Assembly: GCA_964016885.1 (NCBI GenBank)
Contig: OZ024741.1
Span: 38,006,001 to 38,070,000 of the forward strand
Length of the DNA: 64,000 bases
Origin: Eledone cirrhosa
Taxonomy: Eukaryota
Direction of reading: 5' to 3'
Both the position numbers and the translations under genes were made by a program. The notes beneath the pieces are model-generated. The model was not told the origin of the DNA. It saw only the letters and a program-made list of their open reading frames with translations, and searched no databases. Positions 1 through 10,690 of this stretch are shown piece by piece; the first letter of the stretch is position 1; each line of letters opens with the position of its first letter.

Positions 1-446
1 ACTTATTCTTTTGCCCCGCAAGCACAAACAATATGTAACAACAAAACATTACTACGGGCCTGGCCAAACGCCTCAGCCAGTCGACCGTATTTTCTCTTGT
101 AATCTTAATTGATTTGTTTTATTTCTCTTGGCAGGCCAGCTCAACCTTTGTTAATAAATAATGTAAAAACAAGCTAAAGTCGTTGTCGATATTCCTATCA
201 TATCTTTCTACCAAACCTGGTTCCTCGTGGCAACATTACAACTCTCTAAATATAACTCTCTGCTAAAAGTTCGTCTATTCACTAATATTTCGTATTTATT
301 TTTCAAAATAGTCGATGATCTTCTTTAAAATTTTCGACAAAGTTCTGTCAGAATCAAATTTAAAGTTATTCACAGCTTGGGTAATATTTATTTTCAGTTA
401 GTTTTTAATTCTACAACTGTGTTTTAAACGTTGTTCTTGAATCGTT

Positions 447-744
447 TGAATCGAGAACAAAAAGAACCGTTACTTAGTATATTTCTTTATGAATGTAATA
501 TAATATAACAACGCTGTATTTATATGTTAAAGTTTATGTATCATTCATATAAATAGGTGTTCTACAACTTATTCACAACATATTCACAGTTCAAACACTT
601 ATGTTTTTGTTTCTGAATCGAAAACGTTACTTGTATATTTCTTTATAAATGTAATATAACAACGTTGCATTTATATGTTAAAGTGTATGTATCGTTCATA
701 TAAATAGGTGTTTTACAACACACATACAGTTCAAACACTTATGT
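447..744. repeat. Imperfect local direct duplication (~160 bp x2)
   Basis: 447-604 and 614-744 share CGTTACTT..TATATTTCTTTAT..TTTATATGTTAAAG..TTCATATAAATAGGTGTT..ACAGTTCAAACACTTATGT. Confidence 0.8.
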
Positions 745-948
745 AGAATTATTGTATGTAATCTTACCGCGTAATGTAGCTCAACTTTTTCCAATATATG
801 GTATGTTGCCTTCATGTAAGCCGTAATTACACACGTCCAATTATCGGACACTGTCCGCAACGGTCGCCATTTATGTATGTATGTATGTATGTATGTATGT
901 ATGTATGTATGTATGTATGTATGTATGTATGTATGTATGTATGTATGT

Positions 949-1475
949 AGGTTTCTTGGTGCGGAAGGTGACTTTGGACATCCTGCAGGACTAAAAACAA
1001 AACCTGTCAAAGGGCAAAGGAGCTCTTAAGAGTCAATGGCCATCCAAAATGACCGGGAGAGATGACCCCTTAGCCTTTGTCAAGGCAGAATTCTAGAAGG
1101 AAAACTCTGATATAACACCTGCAACCCTGATGGCATCCAATGATGTTGACTTGTTCTTCTTTTTGGTAAATATCATCTTGGTTAAGAGAGTGGGACTGGC
1201 TTTGTGCAGTGACTTTGCTCACTATAAAAGCTTCACGGCACAGGCATTGCTTTATATCTGGAGATCTATCTGCACTTGTCACATGGTACCATGGGCCCAG
1301 CACTATGTGTTAATAATTGTCACAAGTGTAGTGTTTGTACCAGAGTTTTCAAGTCGCTGGCTGGACTAAAAATCACACTCGTTCAGCACATCGGTAGGGG
1401 TTCTCCTACATGGATATAAAGTAGTGGCCGTACTCGAAAACGAGTTGGCAGCCACCATGTATGTATGCATATATG
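949..1475 (+). mobile_element. Unclassified non-coding interspersed repeat with (ATGT)n tail
   Basis: Near-identical copy at ~18450-18888. Related copies at 1515-1640, 17890-18420 and 29955-30260(-). Copies with an intact 3' end finish with GCAGCCA(C/T)(C/T)AT followed by an (ATGT)n-type tail. Confidence 0.7.
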
Positions 1476-1998
1476 TATGTATGTCTATTTGCATGCATAT
1501 ATGTGTGTATCCTTCAAAGCACAGGCATTGCTTGTTCAGGATATGTTACAGGTTCTTGTGGCTAGCCGTAGCCTAAAAGTGCACCAAACTCTATAATCTG
1601 ACAAGCGATTGCAGTACTCTTAGCAGAGTTTTCAGCCATCATGTATGTATGTATGTATGTATGTATGTATGTATGTATGTATGTATGTATGTATGTATGT
1701 ATGTATGTATGTATGTATGTATGTACGTTTACATGTATGTGTATGAATGTATAGTAGGTTGAAATGACTATTGTGTTCTAGTTTTATCTTACTAAATAAG
1801 GATTTTTCCTATTCCTATATACGTCATTTACAGTTTACTTGAACCACCCACGCCACCATTTCATGCACACTGGAATTTCTTTAAATATTTATTCATTCCA
1901 CAATCTAATATCGGTACACCGTATCTCTTCCTTCTACCTATTTCAGCTAGATGCGATGCAAGTTCAATGAGTTCTATGCAACAAATTGACTACACACA

Positions 1999-2076
<78 letters not shown>

Positions 2077-2219
2077 TTATCCGTAGTGTTGTAATATGAA
2101 TATTATACACAGTAGATGGACAGCTCACGTAGGGTTTGCTTGACGGTTCCAGTTGTAGTTTCAAAAGTAATCCGGAGAAAATAGAAGGATTTAAATGGAT
2201 ACAGTTCAGTAAAAGGAAT

Positions 2220-2337
2220 TTATTGACACGTGTTTCAATAATAGTTATATAACCTGAAAACTGCTATCTACAAAGTATTAATTATGCAGACACTCAATAT
2301 TTCAATGTTATTTTCAACTACCATTTCATCAGAATAA
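2220..2337 (-). ncRNA. Type I hammerhead ribozyme with long stem II
   Basis: ttatt-CTGATGA-aatggtagtt..aactattatt-GAAA-c-acgt-GTC-aataa. Palindromic loop 3, GUC triplet. Confidence 0.75.
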
Positions 2338-2787
2338 TATCATTGAGAACTTGTTTGGTTTTTATAGAGAATATTAAGAGGGAGGAGTGAAGTTGTTAGA
2401 AGAATAGTTAAGGGAGTGGATAGAAATGTTTGATAGCAGTGGGTAATTAGATTCCCATCTGTTATTTTGTTAGTTGAGTTTGACATTTTTTATAGAATAT
2501 TCATTATTTGGCGTTGGTAGTATTGGTTATTTTTCTAAATCTATCGAAGGATTAGAGATAGTAAAGATATGCATTGTTGGTTTTGTGTTTGCACTTAATT
2601 CACATACAGACTTAAATTTTTTCTTTCAAGTGTACGTATCCGTTCGTCTACACATAAATATATGCGTATATATACTTATTTTTTAAAAAAACATACACAT
2701 TCACACACATACATATATGTACACCTCTACAAATACATACACTCACATACACATACTTACATGCTCATACCTACATACATATATACC

Positions 2788-2862
<75 letters not shown>

Positions 2863-2984
2863 TATATATATATACATAGATATATGTACATGCATACGCA
2901 TTCATGTATATACACTTTCATACTCTACTTATCTTCATATACACACATATAGACACACACATATATACATACATACTCTTGTCC

Positions 2985-3027
<43 letters not shown>

Positions 3028-3319
3028 CACATATACATGAATACACATACATTTAATTATACACATCAAACATATATATATATATACACTCACCCACTTA
3101 TTTACTTATTTGTATACATTTTCACATATATACATACATATGGTTGCTTTTAGACACATTCATTATAGCATATTCGCACCTATTCTCACCAGCATATTTA
3201 TCCATTATTAGTGTGATAATTTAAGGTTATTAATAGTACATATATATGTTGAGAAGAGATTGTTTTTATATTTTTCTAACTAGATTGAGGATTTGTATAG
3301 TTGGGAGGATGTCCCTCAT

Positions 3320-3800
3320 TTATGTAATATTCAGCTTGTAATGGGAAAAAAGGGTTTTAGTTCGGTGACGGCAGAATAATGTTCGTTCAATTCAGTTGTT
3401 AAGCAATTTCCTCTTGTGTGTGATTATGTAAAAAATCTCAAGATTACATAATTTGCAGAAATGTTGGCTTCTGGAAAAGCTTTGGGTTTTAGCTAATTTC
3501 TCCCATTTTAGGGTAAACTTTTGATCGCTATCCCTGGGCGTCCAAGCTTTTTCTGCTAAAGTTGTTACATTTCTTTGGCTCTTGTGTTTTATTGAGTAAG
3601 AATGCCTATATAATCGAGATTTAAACGATGTTGCCGTTGATCCTACGTAATACCACTCGTTGCCTCCGGATTCAATGGTACACTTATAGATGATATTTTT
3701 TTCAAGGCAGTTATTGCCGAGGGGGCAATTGTCAGGATAGGTGCAGTTACAGTTGTGTACGTTGGTTTTGTAGTTAGGTTCACTCTGGAGTAGTATTGCG
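3320..3800 (-). pseudogene. Penelope-like GIY-YIG endonuclease C-terminus (not in ORF track)
   Basis: Manual translation HNCNCTYPDNCPLGNNCLEKNIIYKCTIE..WYYVGSTATSFKSRLYRH..LKWEKL..FCKLCNLE..LLNN*IE..CRHRTK. One in-frame TGA at 3392-3394. CxCx5C linker. Confidence 0.85.
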
Positions 3801-4343
3801 GACGAACTTAGGTGTCGTTTATTTATGTTCTGTAGTGTATTGTCTACTGATTTTTTTTGTGCTCTTTGTACTTAAGTTTTTAGTGTTTTCGTTTAACCTT
3901 CTAGTATTGATCTTTTTTATGTGTTGTTCAAGGTTTAAATCTGTAGAGTATGACAGTCTTATAGTGGTAGGGTTATGTGTGTGAATGTGTAAGTTTAAAA
4001 AAAAAAAAGTATATATACGCATATATTTATGTGTGGGCGAACGGATACGTACACTTGAAAGAAAAATCTAAGTCTGTATGTGAATTAAGTGCAAACACAA
4101 AACCAACCATGCATATCTTTACTATCTCTAATCCTTCGATAGATTTAGAAAATAACCAATACTACCAACGCCAAATAATGAATATTCTATAAAAAATGTC
4201 AAACTCAACTAACAAAATAACAGATGGGAATCTAATTACCCACTGCTATCAAAAATTTCTATCCACTCCCTTAACTATTCTTCTAACAACTTCACTCCTC
4301 CCTCTTAATATTCTCTATAAAAACCAAACAATTCTCAATGATA

Positions 4344-4464
4344 TTATTCCGATGAAATGGTAGTTGAAAATAACATTGAAATATTGAGTGTCTGCATAAT
4401 TAATACTTTGTAGATAGCAGCTGTTTTCAGGTTATATAACTATTATTGAAACACGTGTCAATAA
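4344..4464 (+). ncRNA. Hammerhead ribozyme copy with mutated core (CCGATGA)
   Basis: Inverted copy of 2220-2337 with a U4>C change in the CUGANGA box. Confidence 0.6.
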
Positions 4465-4660
4465 ATTCCTTTTACTGAACTGTATCCATTTAAATCCTTC
4501 TATATATATATATATATATATATGTGCGCCTGCGCAGACCGATGGGGGTGAATTGGTACTCACAGGGGAACGGATGAAGAACCCAAAAGCACACACTTCG
4601 TCCGTTCCCATGTCGATTCAACTTGGATTGCCTCGGAAACATAACCTTATTATGTAACAA

Positions 4661-4734
4661 GTTGTCTGATGATGTCACGACACTCGCACACAGAACAGTG
4701 TGGTCAGTGTCGTCATTGAAATATATATCACAGC
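4661..4734 (+). ncRNA. Type I hammerhead ribozyme
   Basis: gttgt-CTGATGA-tgtc-acgacact..agtgtcgt-catt-GAAA-t-atat-ATC-acagc. Predicted cut after 4729. Confidence 0.75.
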
Positions 4735-4746
4735 ATTATTATTAAA

Positions 4747-4940
4747 GGGCGATGGATTGGCAGCATCGGTAGAGGGTCGGACGCCATGCTTTCCAGCATA
4801 GTTACGTCCCTTTACGATCTGAGTTCAAATCCCGCCTAGGTTGACTTTGCCTTTAATCCTTACGGGGTCGATAAAATAAAGTACCAGTAATGCACTGGGT
4901 AATTGCTGGCCTTGTGCCTAAAGTAGAAACAATTATTATT
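4747..4940 (+). mobile_element. tRNA-derived SINE, family A
   Basis: A box TGGCAGCATCGG, B box GAGTTCAAATCCC, central GCCTTT(C/A)ATCCTTACGGGGTCGATAAA..AAGTACCAG, 3' TTGCTGGCCTTGTGCCTAAA..GAAAC(ATT)n. More than 15 copies or fragments in the window. Confidence 0.85.
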
Positions 4941-6164
4941 AAAGGACTTGAACATCTGAAACTACTTCGCTTTTACTTATCCGATATTTACTCCGTCACT
5001 CCTATGTGGAAAAAGTACGTTGAGTGCTTGAATTGAATTGCATCAATATTTACCCTAAGAATTTAGCTCCAAATAGTTGAGTGCTCTATGATGTAACCGA
5101 TATGGTGGAGAAGAGAGGAACCAACCATGAGCTACCCCTGGAAATTCCCTCTACCATGGGGATGGAAACCCCTGACACTGGACGGACATAATAGTAACTT
5201 TCGGCAGGATAAATACGCGGAAACAAAAACTAAGATAAACCCATATTTACCTGCACCAAATCGCTTTTGAACAGAAGCCCCCTCAATTCAATCTATACAT
5301 TGACAAATTGACAATCATATGGATCATTTTGCATATATGTACTCTGTGTTTTTGCATTTATTCATTATTGGTTCTTTTCTTTTGTGTACTTTATATCTGT
5401 TTTTCTTTGGTTTTGTTCCATGTAATGGAAATTTTGACTGTGTACCAGATTGACTACTGCCTTGAATACTGTAGTTTACCCTCCGTTCTAATGTACGGCA
5501 CTATCGTTCAATATGTGGATAGTGTAACTGTGACATTGGAACCCCTTTCAGAACTTCTTACTTAAACATCTCTCTCCATATTATTTACTCACTTCAATCT
5601 ATATGTTTTTTTACTCACCTCAATCCGGATTCTCACTTTAAACATTTTTTAATTTCTAATTGTTAATTTTTTAATTTTTTAATTGTTTAATTTATAATTT
5701 CTGATTTTTGATTTAGGATTTTAATTTTTATTTCCATCTCTCACTCATAACTTCCAATGTAAAACCATGATACCTAGAATTAAGTATATTTTCTCTTGGG
5801 AGTTGATGGTCAGTCGTACTGTTCATGCTTGGTGAGAGGTAGTATTGGGACCTGTAAAAACTAACACTCTCCCATCCACTCTGGCTTTCGGCTGACTGTC
5901 ACAGACGGGACGAGTAGCAGTAAACTATGGTACAGGCCTAAATGGGTCATTGTTTGGTTGAGAGGGTGAACTGACTAAGCGAATTTCGTTGAAATCTGCG
6001 GTAGCTAATGGTCAACTTCCTTCGGACGTGCACCTGCGCAAACCGGTGGGGGTGAATTGGTACTCACAGGGGAACGGATGAAGAACCCAAAAGCACACAC
6101 TTCGTCCGTTCCCATGTCGATTCAACTTGGATTGCCTCGGAAACATAACCTTATTATGTAACAA

Positions 6165-6238
6165 GCTGTCTGATGATGTCACGACACTCGCACACAGAAC
6201 AGTGTGGCCAGTGTCGTCATTGAAATATATATCACAAC
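6165..6238 (+). ncRNA. Type I hammerhead ribozyme (second copy)
   Basis: gctgt-CTGATGA-..-GAAA-tatat-ATC-acaac. Predicted cut after 6233. One mismatch in stem I. Confidence 0.7.
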
Positions 6239-6417
6239 CAGTAATACACTGGGTATGTGCTGGCCTTGTGCCTAATGTAGAAACAATTATTAAAGGACTT
6301 GAACATCTGAAACTACTTCGCTTTTACTTATTCTATATATATATATATTTATATATTTATATGTTCATATATATATATATACGATCCAAAACTGAATCTC
6401 TGTACCTTATTCTTATA

Positions 6418-6455
<38 letters not shown>

Positions 6456-6501
6456 AACTAAAATAAATAAGTCAAATATTTAAAATTTGGCTTCGTTTAT
6501 T

Positions 6502-6556
6502 ACTGCGATATATATTTCGGTAACAGCCATCTTTGGCTGTGACCTCTTCAGGCAGT
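6502..6556 (-). ncRNA. Type I hammerhead ribozyme
   Basis: actgc-CTGAAGA-ggtcacagcc-aaagat-ggctgttacc-GAAA-tatat-ATC-gcagt. Confidence 0.8.
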
Positions 6557-6694
6557 CCGAATTAGTGTGGTAGAGACGAGTACACATGTTGTTGAGGTGT
6601 TTAACTTTGTCAATACTCTGATATGCCCAGTTCCTGGTTGGGTTGTTATTTCACATGTTATACATGTGTACTCGTCTCTACCACACCAATTCGG

Positions 6695-6749
6695 ACTGCC
6701 TGAAGAGGTCACAGCCAAAGATGGCTGTCACCGAAATATATATAGCAGT
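6695..6749 (+). ncRNA. Type I hammerhead ribozyme
   Basis: actgc-CTGAAGA-ggtcacagcc-aaagat-ggctgtcacc-GAAA-tatat-ATA-gcagt, followed by AATAAA. Confidence 0.8.
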
Positions 6750-6895
6750 AATAAACGAAGCCAAATTTTAAATATTTGACTTATTTATTTTAGTTTATTT
6801 TACATTACTCCGGAGTAACCAAACCAGCCTGCCTACTTCGTCGAGTGCTCCAATCTGCATACTGAGGTGTTGGTATACAACCAACATATACTAAA

Positions 6896-6914
<19 letters not shown>

Positions 6915-6927
<13 letters not shown>

Positions 6928-7354
6928 AAGTTGTAGTTCCTGTTTGTTTGTTTGTTTGTTTGTTCATGAACTACTCCTATGGTTTTTGAGATAGACTCCC
7001 ATATTTCATTTTAATCAAAGGGTTCTGCGGGGTCACAAACCCCCGCTGAAAATGTTTTCCCTTCGATTTATATGAAATTTAAACCATAGGTAAATGACAA
7101 GATATGATGCCTATTCACGAAAGTTTTGAATTGATATTTTGAAAAAATTTATTTACAAGAAACAAAATAAGAATAAAATTTAATAATGTAATTTTTATTT
7201 GATATGTTACAAAAAATAATGCTTTCCAATTTTTCATGCATTACATTTTACATTGAGTAATATTGAAATGTAGAGTTTTTCTCCATTAATTATATCAGTG
7301 ATTAAAAATCAATCATCATTTTCTTACAAAAAATAAAATCTGTGAATTCGGCTA

Positions 7355-7357
<3 letters not shown>
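6915..7357 (+). mobile_element. Possible non-autonomous Helitron-type element
   Basis: Starts TATATATAAAG, has (GTTT)n near the 5' end and ends ..GGCTAGT (CTAG 3' terminus). The 3' hairpin is not clear. Confidence 0.4.
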
Positions 7358-7394
<37 letters not shown>

Positions 7395-7460
7395 CGTAAA
7401 ATAAGAAAATCCTTTAAAAAAATTTTTTAAAAAATTTTTTACTTACTTACTTAAATTTTC

Positions 7461-7542
7461 ACTCCAACTAATTAGTTTCTGCAATGGGATAAAGACAGTT
7501 ACGTAATCTAACTGTCGAGAATTCATTGCGTCATCAGGGAGT
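7461..7542 (-). ncRNA. Type I hammerhead ribozyme
   Basis: actcc-CTGATGA-c-gcaatg..gacagtt/aactgtc..cattgc-a-GAAA-c-taatta-GTT-ggagt. Palindromic loop 3. Confidence 0.75.
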
Positions 7543-7611
7543 CTATTCTCAGCTAAGTCTCCAGGCAATGCGCGGACACTGGCGGCTCATATAAAAATAA
7601 TAATAATTCGG

Positions 7612-8117
7612 TAGATGAAACAGCTAGCGAGGACTGAATTCCATGCACTGAAATCCTCACTGCCTCTAGTCAAATGGCCGATTCTAAAGAATCAATCACG
7701 TGACACAGAGGCTAGTCAGAAGGAATGGGATGGTAAGATGACAGACGCCTACTAACACCCCCCCAAAAAAATTTTTTTTAGAAGTGGTTTTGGCAGGTTT
7801 GCTCGACAAATCAGTGATTTGGAGATAAATATAGATAATTTAATATATCAACTAACATAAGCGCACAGATGCACGCCTATGCCAGCAAATACACAGGTTA
7901 TGTCATAGTACCTAGGTGGTTCAATGCAGGAGGATGCAGAAGGTACTATGACATAACGTGTGTATTTGCTGGCATAGGCGTGCATCTGTGCGCTTATGTT
8001 AGTTGATATATTAAATTATCTATATATATATATATATATATTACCCACTCTACTATCCTAAGTATTGAGTACTCTGGTGTGTTATGGTCCATCTGGTTCC
8101 TTACCACAACCACTTCG

Positions 8118-8215
<98 letters not shown>

Positions 8216-8387
8216 CGAAGTGGTTGTGGTAAGTTTTTTTTGGGGTGTTAGTAGGCGTCTGTCATCTTACCATCCCATTCCTTCTGACTAGCCTCTGTGT
8301 TACGTGATTGATTCTTTAGAATCGGCCATTTGACTAGAGGCAGTGAGGATTTCAGTGCATGGAATTCAGTCCTCGCTAGCTGTTCCA

Positions 8388-8391
<4 letters not shown>
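7612..8391. repeat. Nested inverted repeats
   Basis: Outer arms 7612-7770 and 8234-8391. Inner hairpin 7829-7913 / 7941-8025. 20-bp arms 8100-8120 / 8212-8233 around a (TA)n tract. Confidence 0.85.
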
Positions 8392-8427
<36 letters not shown>

Positions 8428-8433
<6 letters not shown>

Positions 8434-8716
8434 TGTAATAAACAACATAAGGCAATTATTCCATTTACCAGTGGTTTCTTAAAAGCAAAGAATTTTGCTT
8501 TCAATCATCAGAATGAAAAAATCCTGGTCTGTTTATTGAATTTGGATTTAAAAAACCCAATTCAATAAACAGACCAGGATTTTTTCATTCTGATGATTGA
8601 AAGCAAAATTCTTTGCTTTTAAGAAACAACTTATGTTGTTTATTACATAACTATTAAGCTCTGTTACCTACATAGAGCACTCTTTTTTCCTGGACTTTTC
8701 CGACGGAATTACTTCA
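8428..8716. mobile_element. Fold-back PLE pLTR remnant with tail
   Basis: Arms 8428-8541 and 8559-8653, tail 8654-8716, (TA)n flanks. Confidence 0.8.
8462..8515 (-). ncRNA. Type I hammerhead ribozyme
   Basis: catt-CTGATGA-ttgaaagcaaa-attc-tttgcttttaa-GAAA-cc-act-g-GTA-aatg. The plus-arm copy (8586-8627) has lost stem III. Confidence 0.8.
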
Positions 8717-8767
8717 TATATATATATATATATATATATATTTATTACTTTTATTATATAAAAACTA

Positions 8768-8916
8768 AAGGCGGTGTATTGACAGTATCGGCTTTGCAGC
8801 ATAGATATGCAGTCCTTAACGTTCTGAGTTCAAATCCCGCCGAGGTTAGCTTTGCCTTTCATCCTTACGAGGTCGATAAAATAAAGTACCAGTAAGGCAC
8901 TGCGGTTGATTTAATC
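8768..8916 (+). mobile_element. SINE family A (internally deleted)
   Basis: B box and central domain as at 4747. Confidence 0.8.
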
Positions 8917-9087
8917 AGAAATCATTATATAGACTGTTGCGGTCCTGTAACGTATGTCATGTTTAGGAAGGAGGGTGGTCTGCGTTTCGTCTCGAAGGAG
9001 TCAAGAGAACAGATTGACGTTCGGTTAAGGTGTTTGCTAAGTGTTTGCAAACTGATTGAAGCATATATATATCTATATATATATAGG

Positions 9088-9395
<308 letters not shown>

Positions 9396-9860
9396 AGCAG
9401 AATCGATTGAAGTCGCTGTTGTAGAATATATATAAACTTTATTGGTAGATTAGTATTGTTTCAATATTGATCAGCTCAGGGTACAACCATAATAACCTCG
9501 TAACAACATCGAGTGCTTCCAACGGCGCATCACCTGTAACAGTAATTACTCATTTAACTAACACATATATAAGATCTACATAGCAAAATTGTAAAATTGT
9601 AATATTATGAAATTAAATTGTTTACAACTGCAAGTAAGTCATTCTTTTTCTTTTTTCAAATAAATATATATATAAATATATAATAAATACAATATCGGAG
9701 AAAGCTTTTTAGCGATACTCCGGCCAAATTCCAACTCACTCAACAAACATTAGGAAATAAGTGATTATATTCCTAATTATGCGTTCGGGGTGCTAACTAA
9801 AAGTATTGTGTGGAAAATTGGCTGTATTATTTCATATGAGACATATCGAATATATCTCTT

Positions 9861-9987
9861 CCCAGACGGACGTCTCGTTTCATTATAGGATTCCTACAAT
9901 TTGGGTTAAATTATACCAATTTATGTAGGAGCTTGTATACCATCAATAGATATATGTTCAAGTGGGATCCTATAATTCATCAGTGGG
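9861..9987 (-). ncRNA. Type I hammerhead ribozyme with long stem II
   Basis: ccca-CTGATGA-attataggat..atcctataat-GAAA-cg-agacgtc-c-GTC-tggg. Confidence 0.8.
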
Positions 9988-10563
9988 TGCCCCAATAATA
10001 CTAATATTGATAATCTAACCAACATCAGTATTTAGCGATAATCATCATCTGTGCCTGAGGTATCTGTCAGGTTGCCAGTCCAGCAGTTCTAAAGAAATGC
10101 TCAAACTGATTAAAAAAAAGAGGAAGTAAATTACCGCAAAAAAAAAACAATACATACGCATGACAATGAACTCTAAAAGGAATTCAGGCCACGTGCTAAG
10201 AACTCAATTGGAAATTGAAAAAATATCTATGTGTGTACAACATTTGATGACACACAGATATTTTCTCGGGCAAAATAACAGAATGAGATATAAGGAACAA
10301 TCAATATTCATATATAAAAAATAAACAAATAAATGTTAACCTTATACCGGGAAAATTTCAAATCTGCTGCGCCAAGAATAAATAAATAAATACAATATCG
10401 GAGAAACCTTTTTAGCGATACTCCGGCCAAATTCCAAGTCACTCAACAAACATTAGGAAATAAGTGATTATATTCCTAATTATGCGTTCGGGGTGCTAAC
10501 TAAAAGTATTGTGTGGAAAATTAGCTGTATTATTTCATATGAGACATATCGAATATATCTCTT

Positions 10564-10690
10564 CCCAGACGGACGTCTCGTTTCATTATAGGATTCCTAA
10601 AATTTGGGTTAAATTATACCAATTTATGTAGGAGCTTGTATACCATCAATAGATATATGTTCAAGTGGGATCCTATAATTCATCAGTGGG
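10564..10690 (-). ncRNA. Type I hammerhead ribozyme (second array unit)
   Basis: Same core and stems as 9861-9987, 703 bp away. Confidence 0.8.

Larger units (their letters stand above)
2073..4503 (-). mobile_element. 5'-truncated Penelope-like retroelement with inverted pLTR
   Basis: Minus-strand GIY-YIG remnant at 3320-3800. ~520-bp inverted arms at 2181-2710 and 3975-4503, each with an HHR motif. Extra tail 2073-2180 on one arm only. (TA)n on both flanks. Confidence 0.85.
4524..6331 (+). mobile_element. Non-coding partial-tandem element (1504-bp period) with two HHRs; retrozyme or non-autonomous PLE-like
   Basis: Direct repeats 4524-4980 and 6027-6331, each with an HHR, flank ~1 kb with no credible ORF. 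(TA)n on both flanks. Confidence 0.7.
6451..6892 (+). mobile_element. Fold-back PLE pLTR remnant
   Basis: Inverted arms 6451-6588 and 6662-6800 with a 73-bp spacer, one-sided tail 6801-6892, in (TA)n. Confidence 0.8.

Noticed and set aside
3392-3394. In-frame TGA as selenocysteine in a PLE
   Set aside because: It falls where Arg is expected (LLNxR), so CGA/AGA>TGA decay is more likely. No SECIS identified
4747-4835. tRNA gene
   Set aside because: A/B boxes are present but there is no cloverleaf; it is the head of a multi-copy SINE
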